This document shows positions 11,598 to 24,544 of a stretch of DNA of 62,351 nucleotides, one piece after another. Numbering within the stretch: position 1 is the first letter of the stretch; the number at the start of each line of letters is the position of its first letter. Source of the DNA: Phoronis australis (taxonomy: Eukaryota > Animalia > Phoronida); the NCBI GenBank assembly GCA_002633005.1, contig NMRA01001057.1:1-62351 (forward strand). The letters are read 5' to 3'. The notes beneath the pieces were generated by a model, which saw only the letters and a program-made list of their open reading frames with translations, did no database searches and was not told the DNA's origin. A program made the translations under genes and the position numbers.

Positions 11598-14500
11598 TCA
11601 ACGATCTCCTTCAGGTATGTGCTGTAATATATGATCTTTTAGCGTTGGCATGTTCTTCATTCTTGCTGAACAAACATGGCACCTAAAAGCAAAGACACAA
11701 AATTAATGAACCACTACCGAAAATCAACTGTAGCAGCTATGTGTGGTGTACACATCCAGGAAAAGACTTTATGAGACAAGTAAGGTGAATTTTACCCCCA
11801 CTTCCCCAGGCGTCAAGGTGCCAACCTCTTTCGGAATATGCTCATGCCATTTTTCCACAGTCAAGGCTATACACTCAATGCCATGTTATGCAACGAAATG
11901 GCAATTTTGTCACACTTTTCTGCTAAGTTTGAGAACCCGCAAGTGGTCTATAACATAGAGTAAAACTTGCATCAGTACAACCAGAAGTACATCACCCAAG
12001 TTATGACAGCATTGACTTTCGAGGCATCTGACTTGCATGAGTTTTGATGTAGCCCCCTAATTAGTCCACGGTCATGTCAACTGAGGCTACAGCTTCATAC
12101 TTCTTCATTTGCAGTCATTAATTTAAGGAAACTTGCACCAGTATGTTTGGACTATAGTATTTGAGTGATAGGTTAGTTTTTCTTCTGGTTCCTCATTGTA
12201 TTCTGTCGTTATGCGTTTTGAATATATCCTTCACTTTGGACTCTTTGTTTTACTTATTAGCGTATCTCACCGTTGTCACCACGACAATAAGTAAAACCAA
12301 GAGTCCAAAGTGAAGATATATTCGAAACGCGTAACGAACGAATACAACGAAGATCTGGAAGAAAGTCTAACAGAAACCATCACTCGAATACTAGAGTCCA
12401 AACATGCTGGTGTTAATGTTGTGCGAAAAAGAGTTTACGAGTGAAATATAACTACTCCAAAAAGAATGGTACATACAATCATAAGTGTCATCTAAAAGCC
12501 ATCGGTAGAAACATCATATTGTTGACACACAATGTGAACTTTTCTGTAAGTCGTAGGACCCTAGAAAAAGTCCAAACTTGGCTAATATCAGAGTTCTCAA
12601 AAATAGGTGATCAGAGTCACGTGAAACATTCACATAGTTTGTTTTATGCACTGTTCTCTGAGGAATTGTTTGGAAAATGTTCCACTTTTGTGTGAGGGGC
12701 TACCAAAAATTGGACTCCTTTGAATTTCATGAAAAAATTAGGAGTCGCATATTCCAAAAACAAAATGGTAATTCAGAAAACAGTGTTTTTGAGATTTCAT
12801 TTTGAAAATTTATTTGAAATGAAATCTGGTGATGTCATTGACGTCACTGTTTTGCTATCAAGTACATTTCTTTTTTCAAATTTTTACTAAAAAGTCTTGG
12901 CCACATAACCCCATTAATAGCAGTTAGTAAAAACTTGAAAATCAAATTCTATATTAAGCTTTCTTTCACGAAACATACACTATTACCGAGTTAAAATCAA
13001 ATAGGTAATGTAGACATTTGGCTAACACATAGATTTGTCGATAAAGTCCTTCATACAATTGATGAAGAGAACAATAAAATGGCAGATTTATCAAAAGTAT
13101 ATCAACCAACCTCAGATCTTGTTTGAGCAAAGCTTCATACTTTGAAGTGTCCAATTCCACCCTTCCGTTGTCTTTAAGAATTTTTATTACATCTGAAAAA
13201 ATAAATCGCAAAACAATGTCAAAGAGCTCTGTCTGAAACATCTCGAAATACACTGTATTAAGTGCTCTGTTGAACAGGAAGATCATAACACAGCGATATT
13301 CCTGGACTGCACCTTGCATCTTTAGCCTATAAAGGCGCAAGTACATTGCAGCAGTGCACCCCGGTGCATCTTTTAAAACACAACACTCTTCCAAAAATGC
13401 AAGATTCAACGTAAGCCAGTCGGGTAAATCATGACTGTTCTTATCTTTTGATTGCCCTTGTGGTTTCTGTTTCATATGTTACCACTACTAGGCACAACTT
13501 TTTAAAAACGGCACATTTTTTATCATCAGGTGCGCCCAAAGGGCAGACGTTCAAACCTGGTCAGGAATATCCCTGAGAACACATGGCAGTTAACTAACTT
13601 TACTTTTACCATCAGAACTTATTCATTTCTCAGAGGATCCAAGTAGTTGTGGCCACATTTAAGGGAACCCCTGGTAGGTCAGCTATTAATGATGGAAATT
13701 GTGCTGATATAATTGTACTACTTCAAAGCTGTAAGTCTTCGTGTGACATTGATGAACAACGATGAACTAGAGTAAAGCTCAAATAATGTTTAGATGCAAA
13801 AAATTAAAAATTATGACTTCTGGAACTTATTATAAAATAAACAATACTTTTATGGTGAAAATCGACCCACTTTATCATAAAGTGGGTCATAATATGACTG
13901 TGAGCTTTCATTTAACTGAATGCATTTTGCCCAGGCTCGAACGCAATAAATGTTAATGAGACAGGCTGAGCTGAATGCATTATGGGTAATGAAGCCAGGT
14001 AAACAAATCTGTGTGACTAACTTTACAGAGACGCCATTTTTGTGACTGAAAGATGCAATTTTGTGATTATTGTTGGAGTTGTTGACTTTGACCAGAGCTA
14101 AAAAGCAACAAAATCTGGTATTTTGTGATTTTATTTCAAATCGCAAATGCTTGCCATTGTCTGCCAGACATTCACTGAAATCAAAGCCCATGTTTTTTTT
14201 TCATTCAAGTACACTTAAAATACTCTGCTTTTAATGCACGTGACTAGGCTCAGCTGCACTAGTGAGTTTGATTCTGCACTACTGCTAATTTCTGAAAAAT
14301 TACTGTCTCGCCGAGAACGTCCCTTTAATTCGCAAATACCGGTTTCAACTCTCCTCTTTTGAGTTGCATTGTACGATTGACATAGTTTTTGAACGACAGG
14401 GTCACTAACACATTTCTGAGCAGAGGTGGAAAAATAGAATCATTTATCAAGCCTCACTCCACTTTACAACTCACTTTGCAAAAGTGGGACTTTTATATTA

Positions 14501-17500
14501 TTAGAAGGACAAATGTTAGACCAGTCTTAATGCAAAATAGTGATCAGCTGGGCAAGAGAGTACTACTGAAGGTAAGTGCCCTACAGAAATGTGGCATTGT
14601 GGGAAATTTTATGTTATCAATGAGGGCACTGTGGTGTTTTGGGAAGAGACAAATGACTAGCCAAACAAGGTGGGATCAGTGACATGACGGAACGTTAATG
14701 CATTTAGGAATAAAATAGTCACATTATGCAACCACAGCTTGAGCACCCTCAAGCAATAAATGTTTGGAAAAATTAGAAAGCAAAAAGTACACAACATTAT
14801 TGGTAGAACTTGCCATCATTTGGCATATGTGTAGCCAAGACAATTTAAACACGCTCCAAACGAATGTTTATAGAATTCAAACGAGAGGAAATTATTAGTA
14901 ACATTTGCACTTGATGCAACTGCAATAAAATGGGACCACATTCCAGTCCCCAAAAATGACACACAATTTTGAGTGCAAACTCAACTAACGGGTTTTATAT
15001 CAGAAAATGTAGATTGTAGAACCAGAAGTTGCTAACACGCAATGTACGTAGTTACTTCAACATATCAAAGTGGGGCAGAAAACGAGACAAATGCATGTCC
15101 TTGAGAAAATTGTGGCTCTTCATGTAGAACCTTCATGTCAGTGAATCCCTAAGACCACTGAAGGATTTATGCCATAAAAGGTGTTGCAAAGGTTATGCTA
15201 CCCCTTGTGCAGGTATTTTGTTCTTGCAGGTACCACCTTGGATAAGTATTTTAATTTTTCACCTTTGTGGCATCAATAAGGAGGGGATTTGCAAAAGCGG
15301 CATGATTTCAATTGGGTAGCGTTTGCTACGTAATGTTTCTAGGTCACTACGCTACTTCCGTCTTCGATTTGTACGGGGCTCAGCAAAGACAATGCATTAC
15401 TATTCCGTACTTAAGATCAGCTACACAATAAGAGCTTCACATACCAATGGGTTTTTCATCACAAATTTGTATTTAATTGTACCAGGAACTAAATATCCTT
15501 GATAGCTCCTAGATTTTGAACGTATGGTGGCACCTCCATAGCCATAATGCAAACGACAACCTCCAAACAGCACTATGGTGTTTGCTACTCAAGAAAGTTG
15601 AAATCTCTGAATGTGTGTAATGTTAACCCTCCACTTATTTTGCACAAAAATAATTGCCAAAATTGTCATTTTTCTGTTTTTCAAAGGCTAATTACCTTGT
15701 GTGCTGCGAACAATGGGAACTGTACCAAATATTGTGTTATGACATAAACAAAGTGCAAACCAAGAAAATAACAGGCTGGAATTTTCTTAATTTCGTTCTA
15801 TGCTTTTGTGGAAAAATTTGACGAAAAAACAAAATTTTGCTTGTCCACCATGTAGTGAGCTGAACAGGTGAAGGATTATTAATTTATTGTACTTACCTTT
15901 TGAATCAACAAAGTATTCCGAGGTGAAAGTGTTCCAATGTTTCTTGGTTTTCAAACACGGAGAGTTAAAGTCTTGACTAATGATGTGAAGATGAATGTGA
16001 CTGAAAAGACAACAATTCATGCAATGTGGCATAGGGCTTCATGCAATGTGGCATAGGGCTTCATGCAATGTGGCATAGGGCTTCATGCAATGTGGCATAG
16101 GGCTTCATGCAATGTGGCATAGGGCTTCATGGAGTCTGTACGACTTTATCCAAGTGACTTAGCAAGATACTATAAAACAGTTTGACCTCGACCACATGTG
16201 AATGAGCATATAATTAATTATAGAATTTTGGGGAAAACGGTGAATAATAATAAGCACACTTAAAAACGGCATTTCCATCCAATGTGCAGCCTAAAATGAT
16301 TAGACTGATTTACTCTATACACTGCATGGCCTCGAAAATTTCTCAGGTGGGATAATAGAATCAAAAGACAATTGAATAATTACCAGCGATTAATAGGAGG
16401 GTATGCAAACAAGTAAATGGAATTATGACCAGCAGCTGATACGAAGCAAACAATTGTAGAAGAGTTGGCCAAGACTTTCTGAGATGACTAGTTACTTTTT
16501 GTTTTGACAGTCATTTCTACAAGCTTATTCCCTGAAATATTCATTTTCAATCACGGTGTTGTGTAGTTGACCACAGTCATCAGCGCACGATTTTACATAG
16601 ATTCGGTCAGATGACCTCCACTTCTAACCAGATGAAGTATTTTCAGACAAAAAGTGTGGCATTGTCTTCTAACAACAGCCATCAAACACAATGCCATGTG
16701 GCCATTTCTGCTTTTTCTCCTCCTGCTTCCCATACACATAAGTCGTCCCTTTGCCAGACTATTTTTGAGCAGACTCAAGTGAAAAGTTGTTGATTTTCAC
16801 CGCATGTTTTTTTGGAGATCAAAATGGTCTCGCCACCTGGGGACTGAGGTCGAACCTGGTTTATGTACTGTATATTTGGTATCGGCAATAAAAAGAAAAT
16901 GTCCTTATCAGCAAAACTCATTCAAACTATGAACATTTATATCAACTTGAGTTAGTAGCAGTGCTTTACAAGGGTATAATCATACGTTTACTTAAGAGTG
17001 CTTTTGAGTGACATCACGACTATTCAAATTTCCAAGCTCAGTAAGTTGTACATCCACCATCTTTCAATTGTGGCATTTGCCAAAACCCATTTTTTCCGAA
17101 TAACAAAATGAAATCAATAACGGCATCATGGGTGCACTTACGTCTCTCCCTGGCTCCAAGACCATCAACGCGTTTAAGGGGGCTCGTGACTAAAGCATTT
17201 GCCGGTGGGCTCCTCTTACTTGAAATAATCTTCATTATAAATGTATTTTGTTCATGTGAGTCATAAATCGAGGAGGTTAATTTATAAATCTATTACTTTT
17301 TGTCTCTTTTAACCTTGTCTATGTCTTTTCATCGTAACAGGCTTTTTTACCTACACCACCTTCTTTTGAGCTTTGCGCCCAGTTGCATGAAAGTCTTAAA
17401 TAAGGATTCAGCTAAGTTCCCTAAATCTACTGCATATTTGTGGACTTTTGAAAACACTGATTGTCTTTTCTTATGTTGTTGTACTTTCATCACTAAGTCA

Positions 17501-19816
17501 TTGTTTGGCTTTAATACACATACAGAGTGAATTCTACCTTGAATTCTCAATATAACTGAAAATAAATAGAAATCTTTTCATGCAACGCCCCTAATTTAAG
17601 GACTACGTCTCTATTGATTTTCACCGAAATAAGAGTTCCATTTTTAGTTATATTTTTATAAAAAATTCCAGTGGTCAAACAGGAGTTCATAATTAAGATA
17701 AAATGTCTCCATGATAGCAAGTAGGAGCATATATTAATAAAAACAACAACGGTTTTGAAACAGCTTGATATGTTTTGGTGTCATTTATTTTAACACCATC
17801 ATCAGAAGAAGAGAGAATATAGTGGCCACCTTGTTAAGCCCAGCAACAAGTGATGAAACACAGACACAGACACAGACAGTTATAGGGAGTGACAATAAAC
17901 TAGACCAACCATGGCAACCTGTGGTGAGCCAGTTGCCTATTGAGATTGGGCTAACACCAAGTGATGTGTAGAGCCTCATGAATTTTAAGTTCCTTTGTTG
18001 TTTCTGCTTGATCTACTTATAGCAAAGTCCTTGGGCCTAGCTAGGTGGCCACTATATTCTCTCTTCTTCTGATGATGGTGTTTAAAGAAATGACACTGAA
18101 ACATGTCAAGCCTTTTTAAAACTGTTGTTGTTTTTATTAATAAGATAAAATGACAGAAAGATTCGATTTGTGAGTAAAGAATGACACAAATGCGCAAAAG
18201 ATTTAGGGAACTCGGTCGATTACCATTCGGGTATTACTTCGTTCAACTGGGCACTGGACACTGAGCTTGGTAATTACGTTACACTATTCTCGGGACATAT
18301 GTTGAACACGAATATTACTCTTGTCACACCAATTTATTCACATTAAGCCTTACTTGAGAGTGAAATCTCATAACAATGTGAACATCCAGCAGCAGCCATA
18401 ATAAAACAGGTGTCCTCAGAAACACCATGACATACCTCATACTTGGAATTGCATGGTAGCCAAGCCTAAATTTCAATGTTTTACTCGACCTAGAAAAAAA
18501 CAACAGGAAAACAATAAAACGGTAGACTAAAGTGACTGCGACAGCTTTGTTCTTGTGTACCCAGAAATCGACACTCGCAATAGTGCAATAGTGTACATGA
18601 AAAGTGATGCTAAGAAAGGCTTCTTGGTTTAACTACCTGAGTTTGCTGAAGGCAAGCCTGGGGTGTATGTTTGGAAAATATTAGTTAACTTCAGGGACCA
18701 AAAGTCAAATCCACTGGGCGTATCTTAAGACAGGTCTGTCTACAGAAAACTGGCAGGGATTTACATTTTCAAAACACTTGCTGGCTTCAGTGGCATGTTA
18801 ATAATGCGTAAACTGTTTGAATTATCTGTAAATTCTTCAGCTATTTAGGATACAATAGCATGACTCAGGAATTTTATTTCGTGAATGTACTCGGGAATTG
18901 CACTCATTATGACATAATTTCAATTGAGTAGTTGACTAATTACGAGAAACCTGGCAAGCTCCTATAGAAAAGGCATGGCTTTCAAAAGAGACAAGAACTT
19001 TGACTGGAAAAATCTGTAAACTAGTGTGTGTTAAACAACTGTTACAGTGCTGTCACTCACAATATATTCAAGCATTCAAAATCTATTAACTGAAATGAAT
19101 AAAAATTAAAACAATATATACCACAAAATACCTTGCAGCAACAGTCTCTCCCATGGAGTGCATGTCCTCAAGTAAAGACACATGGTCAGAGGTTAACTTC
19201 TTTAAACTCGATATGTTTTCATTTGGGAGAACCAGAAAGTGATGTTTTGCCTGAAATGACAAATAATGGTAACTAAACATATTTAGAAAGTGGGAGAAAT
19301 TATTGTTTCATATAGATTACAGCAGTGAATGTGCCACAGTGTGAACATGGCAAATTCTGTTTCGTAAAAACATGAAAGAATACAAAGATCCTACACAATA
19401 CAGTTTTGTTAGCTCATTTTATCCAGTTTCACACAAAATAACAAGCTGACACCCTTTATTATCAAGGATCAGATTTCTTAAATAACTTTGGTCTTGACAC
19501 ACACTCCCATTCATAGAGTGAGGAAAGCAAAGAAGTCGATATCACAGACTTCACGTCCATTTTCACTAACAAAAAATATACACAATACAATTGCCAAAGG
19601 GCCTGAATATGAAAATGCCACCTTTGGATATTTGTCTTTGATTACAGTCATTTTATCAGTTTTCTCCACCAAAAGGTCGGGGTCTTCCATTGAAGCCTTA
19701 AGACCCATGCTCCAATGTCCACAAAACTTCTTTGCAGTCATTTGATCCACCGCAGTCAACTTTTTCTTCTCACCAAGACGAGCGAGCGAAACCACATTCT
19801 TTGAAGATGACGCCAT
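11598..19816 (-). CDS. APTX: Aprataxin (HIT-family DNA 5'-adenylate hydrolase with C-terminal C2H2 zinc finger), about 212 aa from ATG 19816
   Basis: Coding exons (minus): 19816-19622, 19250-19132, 18489-18436, 16000-15897, 13192-13111, 11682-11598. All GT-AG, phases consistent, total 639 nt. Translation contains [14 protein letters not shown]...[54 protein letters not shown] (HIT motif HxHxH) and [23 protein letters not shown] (C2H2), the aprataxin signature order. The first coding exon has an acceptor at 19848, so at least one upstream exon exists and the true start is uncertain. Confidence 0.95.
12136..12412. repeat. About 280-bp hairpin (MITE-like) in the last APTX intron
   Basis: caccagtatgtttggactatagtatttgagtgat...cttcactttggactct..gttttacttatt pairs with aataagtaaaaccaagagtccaaagtgaag...atcactcgaatactagagtccaaacatgctggtg; loop about 20 nt. 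Confidence 0.85.
13975..14325 (-). mobile_element. Interspersed repeat (TTAA-ended, Kolobok-like) shared with 41085-41438
   Basis: About 300 bp is reverse-complementary to 41085-41438 (e.g. tctgccagacattcactgaaatcaa / ttgatttcagtgaatgtctggcaga); ends in ...ccct|ttaa. Confidence 0.75.
16016..16131. repeat. 22-bp minisatellite, 5 perfect copies
   Basis: (TTCATGCAATGTGGCATAGGGC)x5 + TTCATG, 15 nt from the acceptor of the HIT-motif exon. Confidence 0.97.
17703..18140. mobile_element. MITE with about 110-bp inverted arms (APTX intron)
   Basis: 17734-17845 pairs with 18030-18140; an internally deleted copy lies at 57860-58068. Confidence 0.85.
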
Positions 19817-21992
19817 GTCCCTTTTTTGCCACTGGACTTGGTGCAAAGCTACAGAAAAATACAGTTGAATATAATCTATTTCAAGTCTTCTTATTGCTTC
19901 CAAAGAGCTTAAGATGCATTTGCATGCTCTTAAGTTCCTAGCTATGCTAATGTATGACAGGAACTAAACAACGTTATTTAATTATAATCTACGATAAACG
20001 AAGTGCAGTTGTATTCATTGACAATTTATAAAATATATGCGAAAAAAGGGTTGTAACAGGTGAGCTTTGCCCTATTGACGTACTTCGTGGACTCACATCG
20101 TCCACATCATGCAATCTTATTCCCCAGCACCACATCACGATCGTTACTAACTGGACATGGTTCAATGATTTGCGGCTGAACATTTTTGCCACAGAATCCT
20201 TAAAAACATTTGGCAATTTTCAACCTACTTCATATTCACACCACCGCTATATGTTGCGTTTCTAACTAATCTGGCTAACCAAATCACAGAGATAAGTAAT
20301 TAGCTTGAAAGTTCCACTTCAATGTTTATTTGACACTATAGCTCTTCGGTTTCATTAAAGCAACAACAAAACAGTTTTCGGTGTCAAAAACATTAAAAAA
20401 TAATTTCAGGTGTACACTTGCTCTTGCAAAGCAACATTGTCGTGTTCCTATCACTTGCTGGTCCTATTTGAAAAACGTTACAATAAAACACTATTTATTC
20501 TGCTTCTTCAGTGGAAATTAACCCACTATGGCAAGCAATATAATGAGCTTGGTCTAAAGCAGCGGTATAAAATTGACAGGTTCCATCAGACTTAGTAATC
20601 ATTTCAGGGAATTGCCATGAAAAGTTACTCAAGACTTATAGAGACAGAAATTTGGTCTCAGGTTCCACTTCACAATTGGTGAATAAAGGCCAGGCAGGTA
20701 ATTATGTGGCCATCAGCTTATACTGGCAATTATTTGTATATATTCTCAGAGACTGCATTTTTGCCCAAGTGAAATTTAATTTTTTTCAGAAATAATTGTT
20801 GGAAACGTACTATAAAAGTTCGTATTTAAGTCTCAAGTCACCTTTCATGAAACATGCCCCTTATTAAAGAACAAGATGACACTCTTACAGAAAGTGACCT
20901 ATATCAAAAGAAGTTGTTAGAGTATGATCTCATATCTGAGTGAGTGCATGTGTACTGAGGAGTAGTTCAGAGAATTAAGTATTATCTCTCTTCCTGGTAT
21001 TATGTAATACACCCCCAACATCAGGAATTGTAGTAAACATGGTTGTTCAGTATATCCTGTTATGATTATGGTCGCATGGATTGTAGTAGTATCAGTAGAA
21101 GAGTATGTAATAAATTATTATCCTCCATCAGACTAGTATTATCCTTGGACCGCGTTCTCGCACTGCGTCGCGCATTCATGAACGTTCCTAACCGAACAGA
21201 ATGCCTTTTACTGCTAGCGCATCAACAGAAGTTGTTTAGCAGAAGGTGTAGTTTGTAGTTATAGAGGGATTTGTTCAAAACACAAATGCCAACTATACCC
21301 TTCCTGTATTTCAGAAGCACCATGCAGTGGGTACAAACAGTGAAGTTGCAACACTGGCCCTAATTTCCACATTTATCACTAGAGGGAGCAGTTGTAAAAT
21401 TAATATTTTGACCACTGGTGCACTCACCAGTGATTCTGAAATTGTAGTTACCAATTCCTTTCAGGGTAGGAAACAAAATCCAGTCAGATAGCACTAGCAG
21501 TTAAAATGCCGGGCTACAACGAAACCACACGTTACATCCACATCCACTCGAATTTAGACCATTCTCCCGTATAAGATTCAGGCCTTCAATACTTCAATGA
21601 GAAGTAATTTCTGGGTTTGCAAAAACTGAGTTCATTATTTGTTGAGACCAAATCCTGGCGTATAAAATAACACAGCACGACGCGCCATTAACTTGTACAG
21701 CCTCATCTCAGCTGGGAAGCAATAACAGACCCAGTTTGTAGAAACCCTGAAACAAGGAACCTCAGGTTCCTAGCCTGAAATCACATCTCCAAAATTTGAC
21801 TAAGGAACTCACTAGTATTTATTTTCGAGACCAATTTCATATGTCATAAGAGTAAGTGGTTTTCAGTAGCAACCAAAAGTTTTTTTTTGTGTGATGAACG
21901 GCCAGTTTACAGCCATGAAACTAAAGACAGTCAATGTTTTAAATTGCCACTACACTAGGGCAATAATTAATTGCATGCCATTAGTCCGAAGG

Positions 21993-22061
21993 TAGGCAAT
22001 GACCATCGCCTCTGTTGGCCCGAACCAGGTTCGGGCCAACAGAGGCGATGGTCATTGCCTA
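21993..22061. repeat. Perfect 69-bp palindrome (34-bp arms, 1-nt loop) between near-identical 9-bp direct repeats
   Basis: TAGGCAATGACCATCGCCTCTGTTGGCCCGAACC-A-GGTTCGGGCCAACAGAGGCGATGGTCATTGCCTA; flanks GTCCGAAGG (21984-21992) and GTCCGAAAG (22062-22070). Confidence 0.97.
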
Positions 22062-23529
22062 GTCCGAAAGCAGCTACAGTCTGAAGGAGATTTACATCCA
22101 CTTGTATACAAAAAGAATTTCAACAAATCTTGATGTTTAACTGCTTTAGGAGGTTGAAACGAGTGATGACCTTGGAATTAGTCAGAGAACAGTCCTACAC
22201 TAATTAAAACGTCCTTTGCACTGACTTTATGAACTGCTTCGCCTCGTTTACGGTTCAGGTGCACAAAGTCATGCTGCATTCTAACTCCGCCAGATGACAC
22301 TTTTGTATCAGGACACAATTTTTGTCTTCCTTCCTATGATTAGTCAACATCCCGGTAGCTTAGAAGTTCAACCAATCACTTCGTAGTTAACATATTTAGG
22401 AAATAGGAAATGGAAGACACTTCTGTTTACGTTTTCTGCTGCCACGGCGTGTGCAAAAACTAGGAATATTGACGGGGTTAGTTGTTGAAACAACTGCAAG
22501 TGAGTATATCTGGTCATTCTTTGAAAAATAGGTAACTATTTTGTGAAATTTAAAAAAACATTTTCGTTTATTTACGGTTGTAGTGTGTGCTGCAAAAATT
22601 GAAAAAGTTCTCACTGCAACTGTCACTGACAGTGTCAGCGCACATTGCCCACTGTCTACTTGCTAAAGCCATATATAAGTTAAAGCCACCACTGAGGCCT
22701 GTGCTCAAACTTGCTCAGTTAATATCTTTAACTCTTCCCAGCTCGAACAAATGTCATATTCCCTGGCACGAGCATTGTAAAATGGCCAGTATCAATGAGG
22801 GACATGTGACGTGTCGGGCCCTAAATTAAGAGCTAGCCTATATACTGGGGAGCCCAATGTTCGTCCGCCTAAGCATAAAACCGACTTGCTGTTGTACTCA
22901 CCGAATTATTCCACTTCAAAGTTATGATCTGAATAGGATTCGATTTAACTCTCACAGATATACCGCATTCATCGATTCGGAAGTTTTCTTTAATTTGTGC
23001 CGAGTTATTTCAAATGTGCACTGCCTTCGGCAGCCATTTTATTGTGACACCTAAGTTCGTCATATGCTGCCCCCTTTTGTAAAAACTGAGAAACATGCAG
23101 AAAAAGGCCAACGAAGTAATGAAAATTGCAACAGCCTGTTTTTATTGACATAAACTCGATTTGAAGCTTTGATGTTGAGCTCTGCACTGTGGTTTCCAAT
23201 AAAAGCCAATTGGACAACATTTCAATGCAGTTTAATGGTGAACGTGAGGCAAAAATGTTAAGAACCCAGCGTATCGCATTTGTCTGCGGATTTTTCCTTT
23301 GGCCTTCTAGATCCTACTAGTGCCTGGGACAAACAGATACATTGCATAAACAAACCCTGGATCATGTTTTGTGTCCCGTCGGAAGAAAATTTAAATTCGA
23401 AAACATCTTCTGAAAACGCACAAAAAAGTGTATTAGTAAAATCTACTGATTTTTAAGTGGTTTTAAAAAACAATCGGTAAACTCACCGATTTTTGTCTCA
23501 TTACTTTGATACGTGTCTCTTCCGATAAG

Positions 23530-23645
23530 TTAGTACCTAACGTGCAGACGAGAACTCCAAATTGGAACGCTAAGTCCCGCGTGGTTGCGCTGCACGCGAA
23601 ACAAGATGGCGGACGAACTTTGGAGCCTGACGAAAATAGGTAACC
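23530..23645. promoter_or_regulatory. Putative bidirectional promoter of APTX and RCBTB, including a probable first exon of RCBTB ending at 23639
   Basis: Local CpG-rich patch between the divergent genes; YY1/TISU-like CAAGATGGCGG at 23602-23612; plus-strand donor AG|GTAACC at 23639/23640; possible minus-strand donor AG|GTACTA at 23537/23536. Confidence 0.6.
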
Positions 23646-24353
23646 GGACGATAGTATAGTAACTGCCTATAGCCTATATATATATCAGAACTTCACAAGT
23701 CCGCGGGGCCCGCTAACCAGTCTTGTTTTTGTAACTTAAATACCAAACATAATAAACTGATCAGTTTATAGTTGAAACAATCAATGTATTCCTGCCAGAA
23801 AATTTGTCTCATATTCCGAGTCGCAGTGAGCATCCAAATGCACACAATATAAGGTTATGTACATTAAACGTGATACGGCAGGTTAATGCTCTTTTAATGA
23901 TTTTGCAAAGTTCTGTTTTCCTGATTTTACCGCAATTTTATCTTTGTAATTAACCCTTCTTAATTTTTCTCTTTTCTAAAACACATCGTTTTTGCTGTGA
24001 TATTGTTGATCTCAATAGTCTTTATGTTCCTTTAAGTTGTGAAAATGACCTTTCTCCCGAGCAATTGGAGTGACCATGAAACTCAAAAACGTTTTCACCA
24101 CAGATTTCACATTTGGGATCGTTGACTTATTGGAATTTTGCAGATTATTTGGTACAAGTCCTCGAAATCATTGTGGCCAATACAGTCAGTTTCTGTTTCA
24201 CACAAGTACTGAGATGTTACACTTCACCAATTAGCTTTTCAACAACATCGGCTGGATATTCCTTCTTTAATATTTCAACTGGGACCTGGATTTCGCCAAT
24301 GGGAAAGGCCACAAATAAATTTTTGGATGTTGAAAAAAGCACAAACAAATCAA

Positions 24354-24544
24354 TAGGCCTTATTCACGCGGTTGCCATGTTAGTAGTGAGCCTCATTTTA
24401 GGTTTAAAAAACAATGCATTTGAGACAAGAATATAATGAGGCAAGCGAAAAAAATCACGCTTTGCGCTGTATTTAAGCGCAAAATGCATTGTTTTGAAAA
24501 CCTAAAAAGAGGTTCACTTTTAAAATGGCGACTGAATACGGTAT
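24354..24544. mobile_element. About 190-bp imperfect palindromic MITE in the presumed first RCBTB intron
   Basis: gtgagcctcattttaggtttaaaaaacaatgcatttt pairs with aaaatgcattgttttgaaaacctaaaaagaggttcac; outer ends also complementary. Confidence 0.7.

Noticed and set aside
12966-13475. 169-aa ORF as a standalone gene
   Set aside because: Only 13111-13192 is an APTX exon; the rest is open intronic frame.
16016-16131. Regular short repeats resembling a CRISPR array
   Set aside because: Head-to-tail units with no spacers, eukaryotic intron, no cas genes.
16590-17560. Possible decayed coding remnant on the minus strand in an APTX intron
   Set aside because: Short broken ORFs with no motif I could recognise.
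20094-20200. Upstream APTX coding exon MFSRKSLNHVQ... ending at a GTGAGT donor
   Set aside because: Ends in phase 0, whereas the acceptor at 19848 needs phase 1; not FHA-like.
20870-20945. C/D box snoRNA-like motifs
   Set aside because: Non-canonical C box, no terminal stem, and antisense to the host intron.
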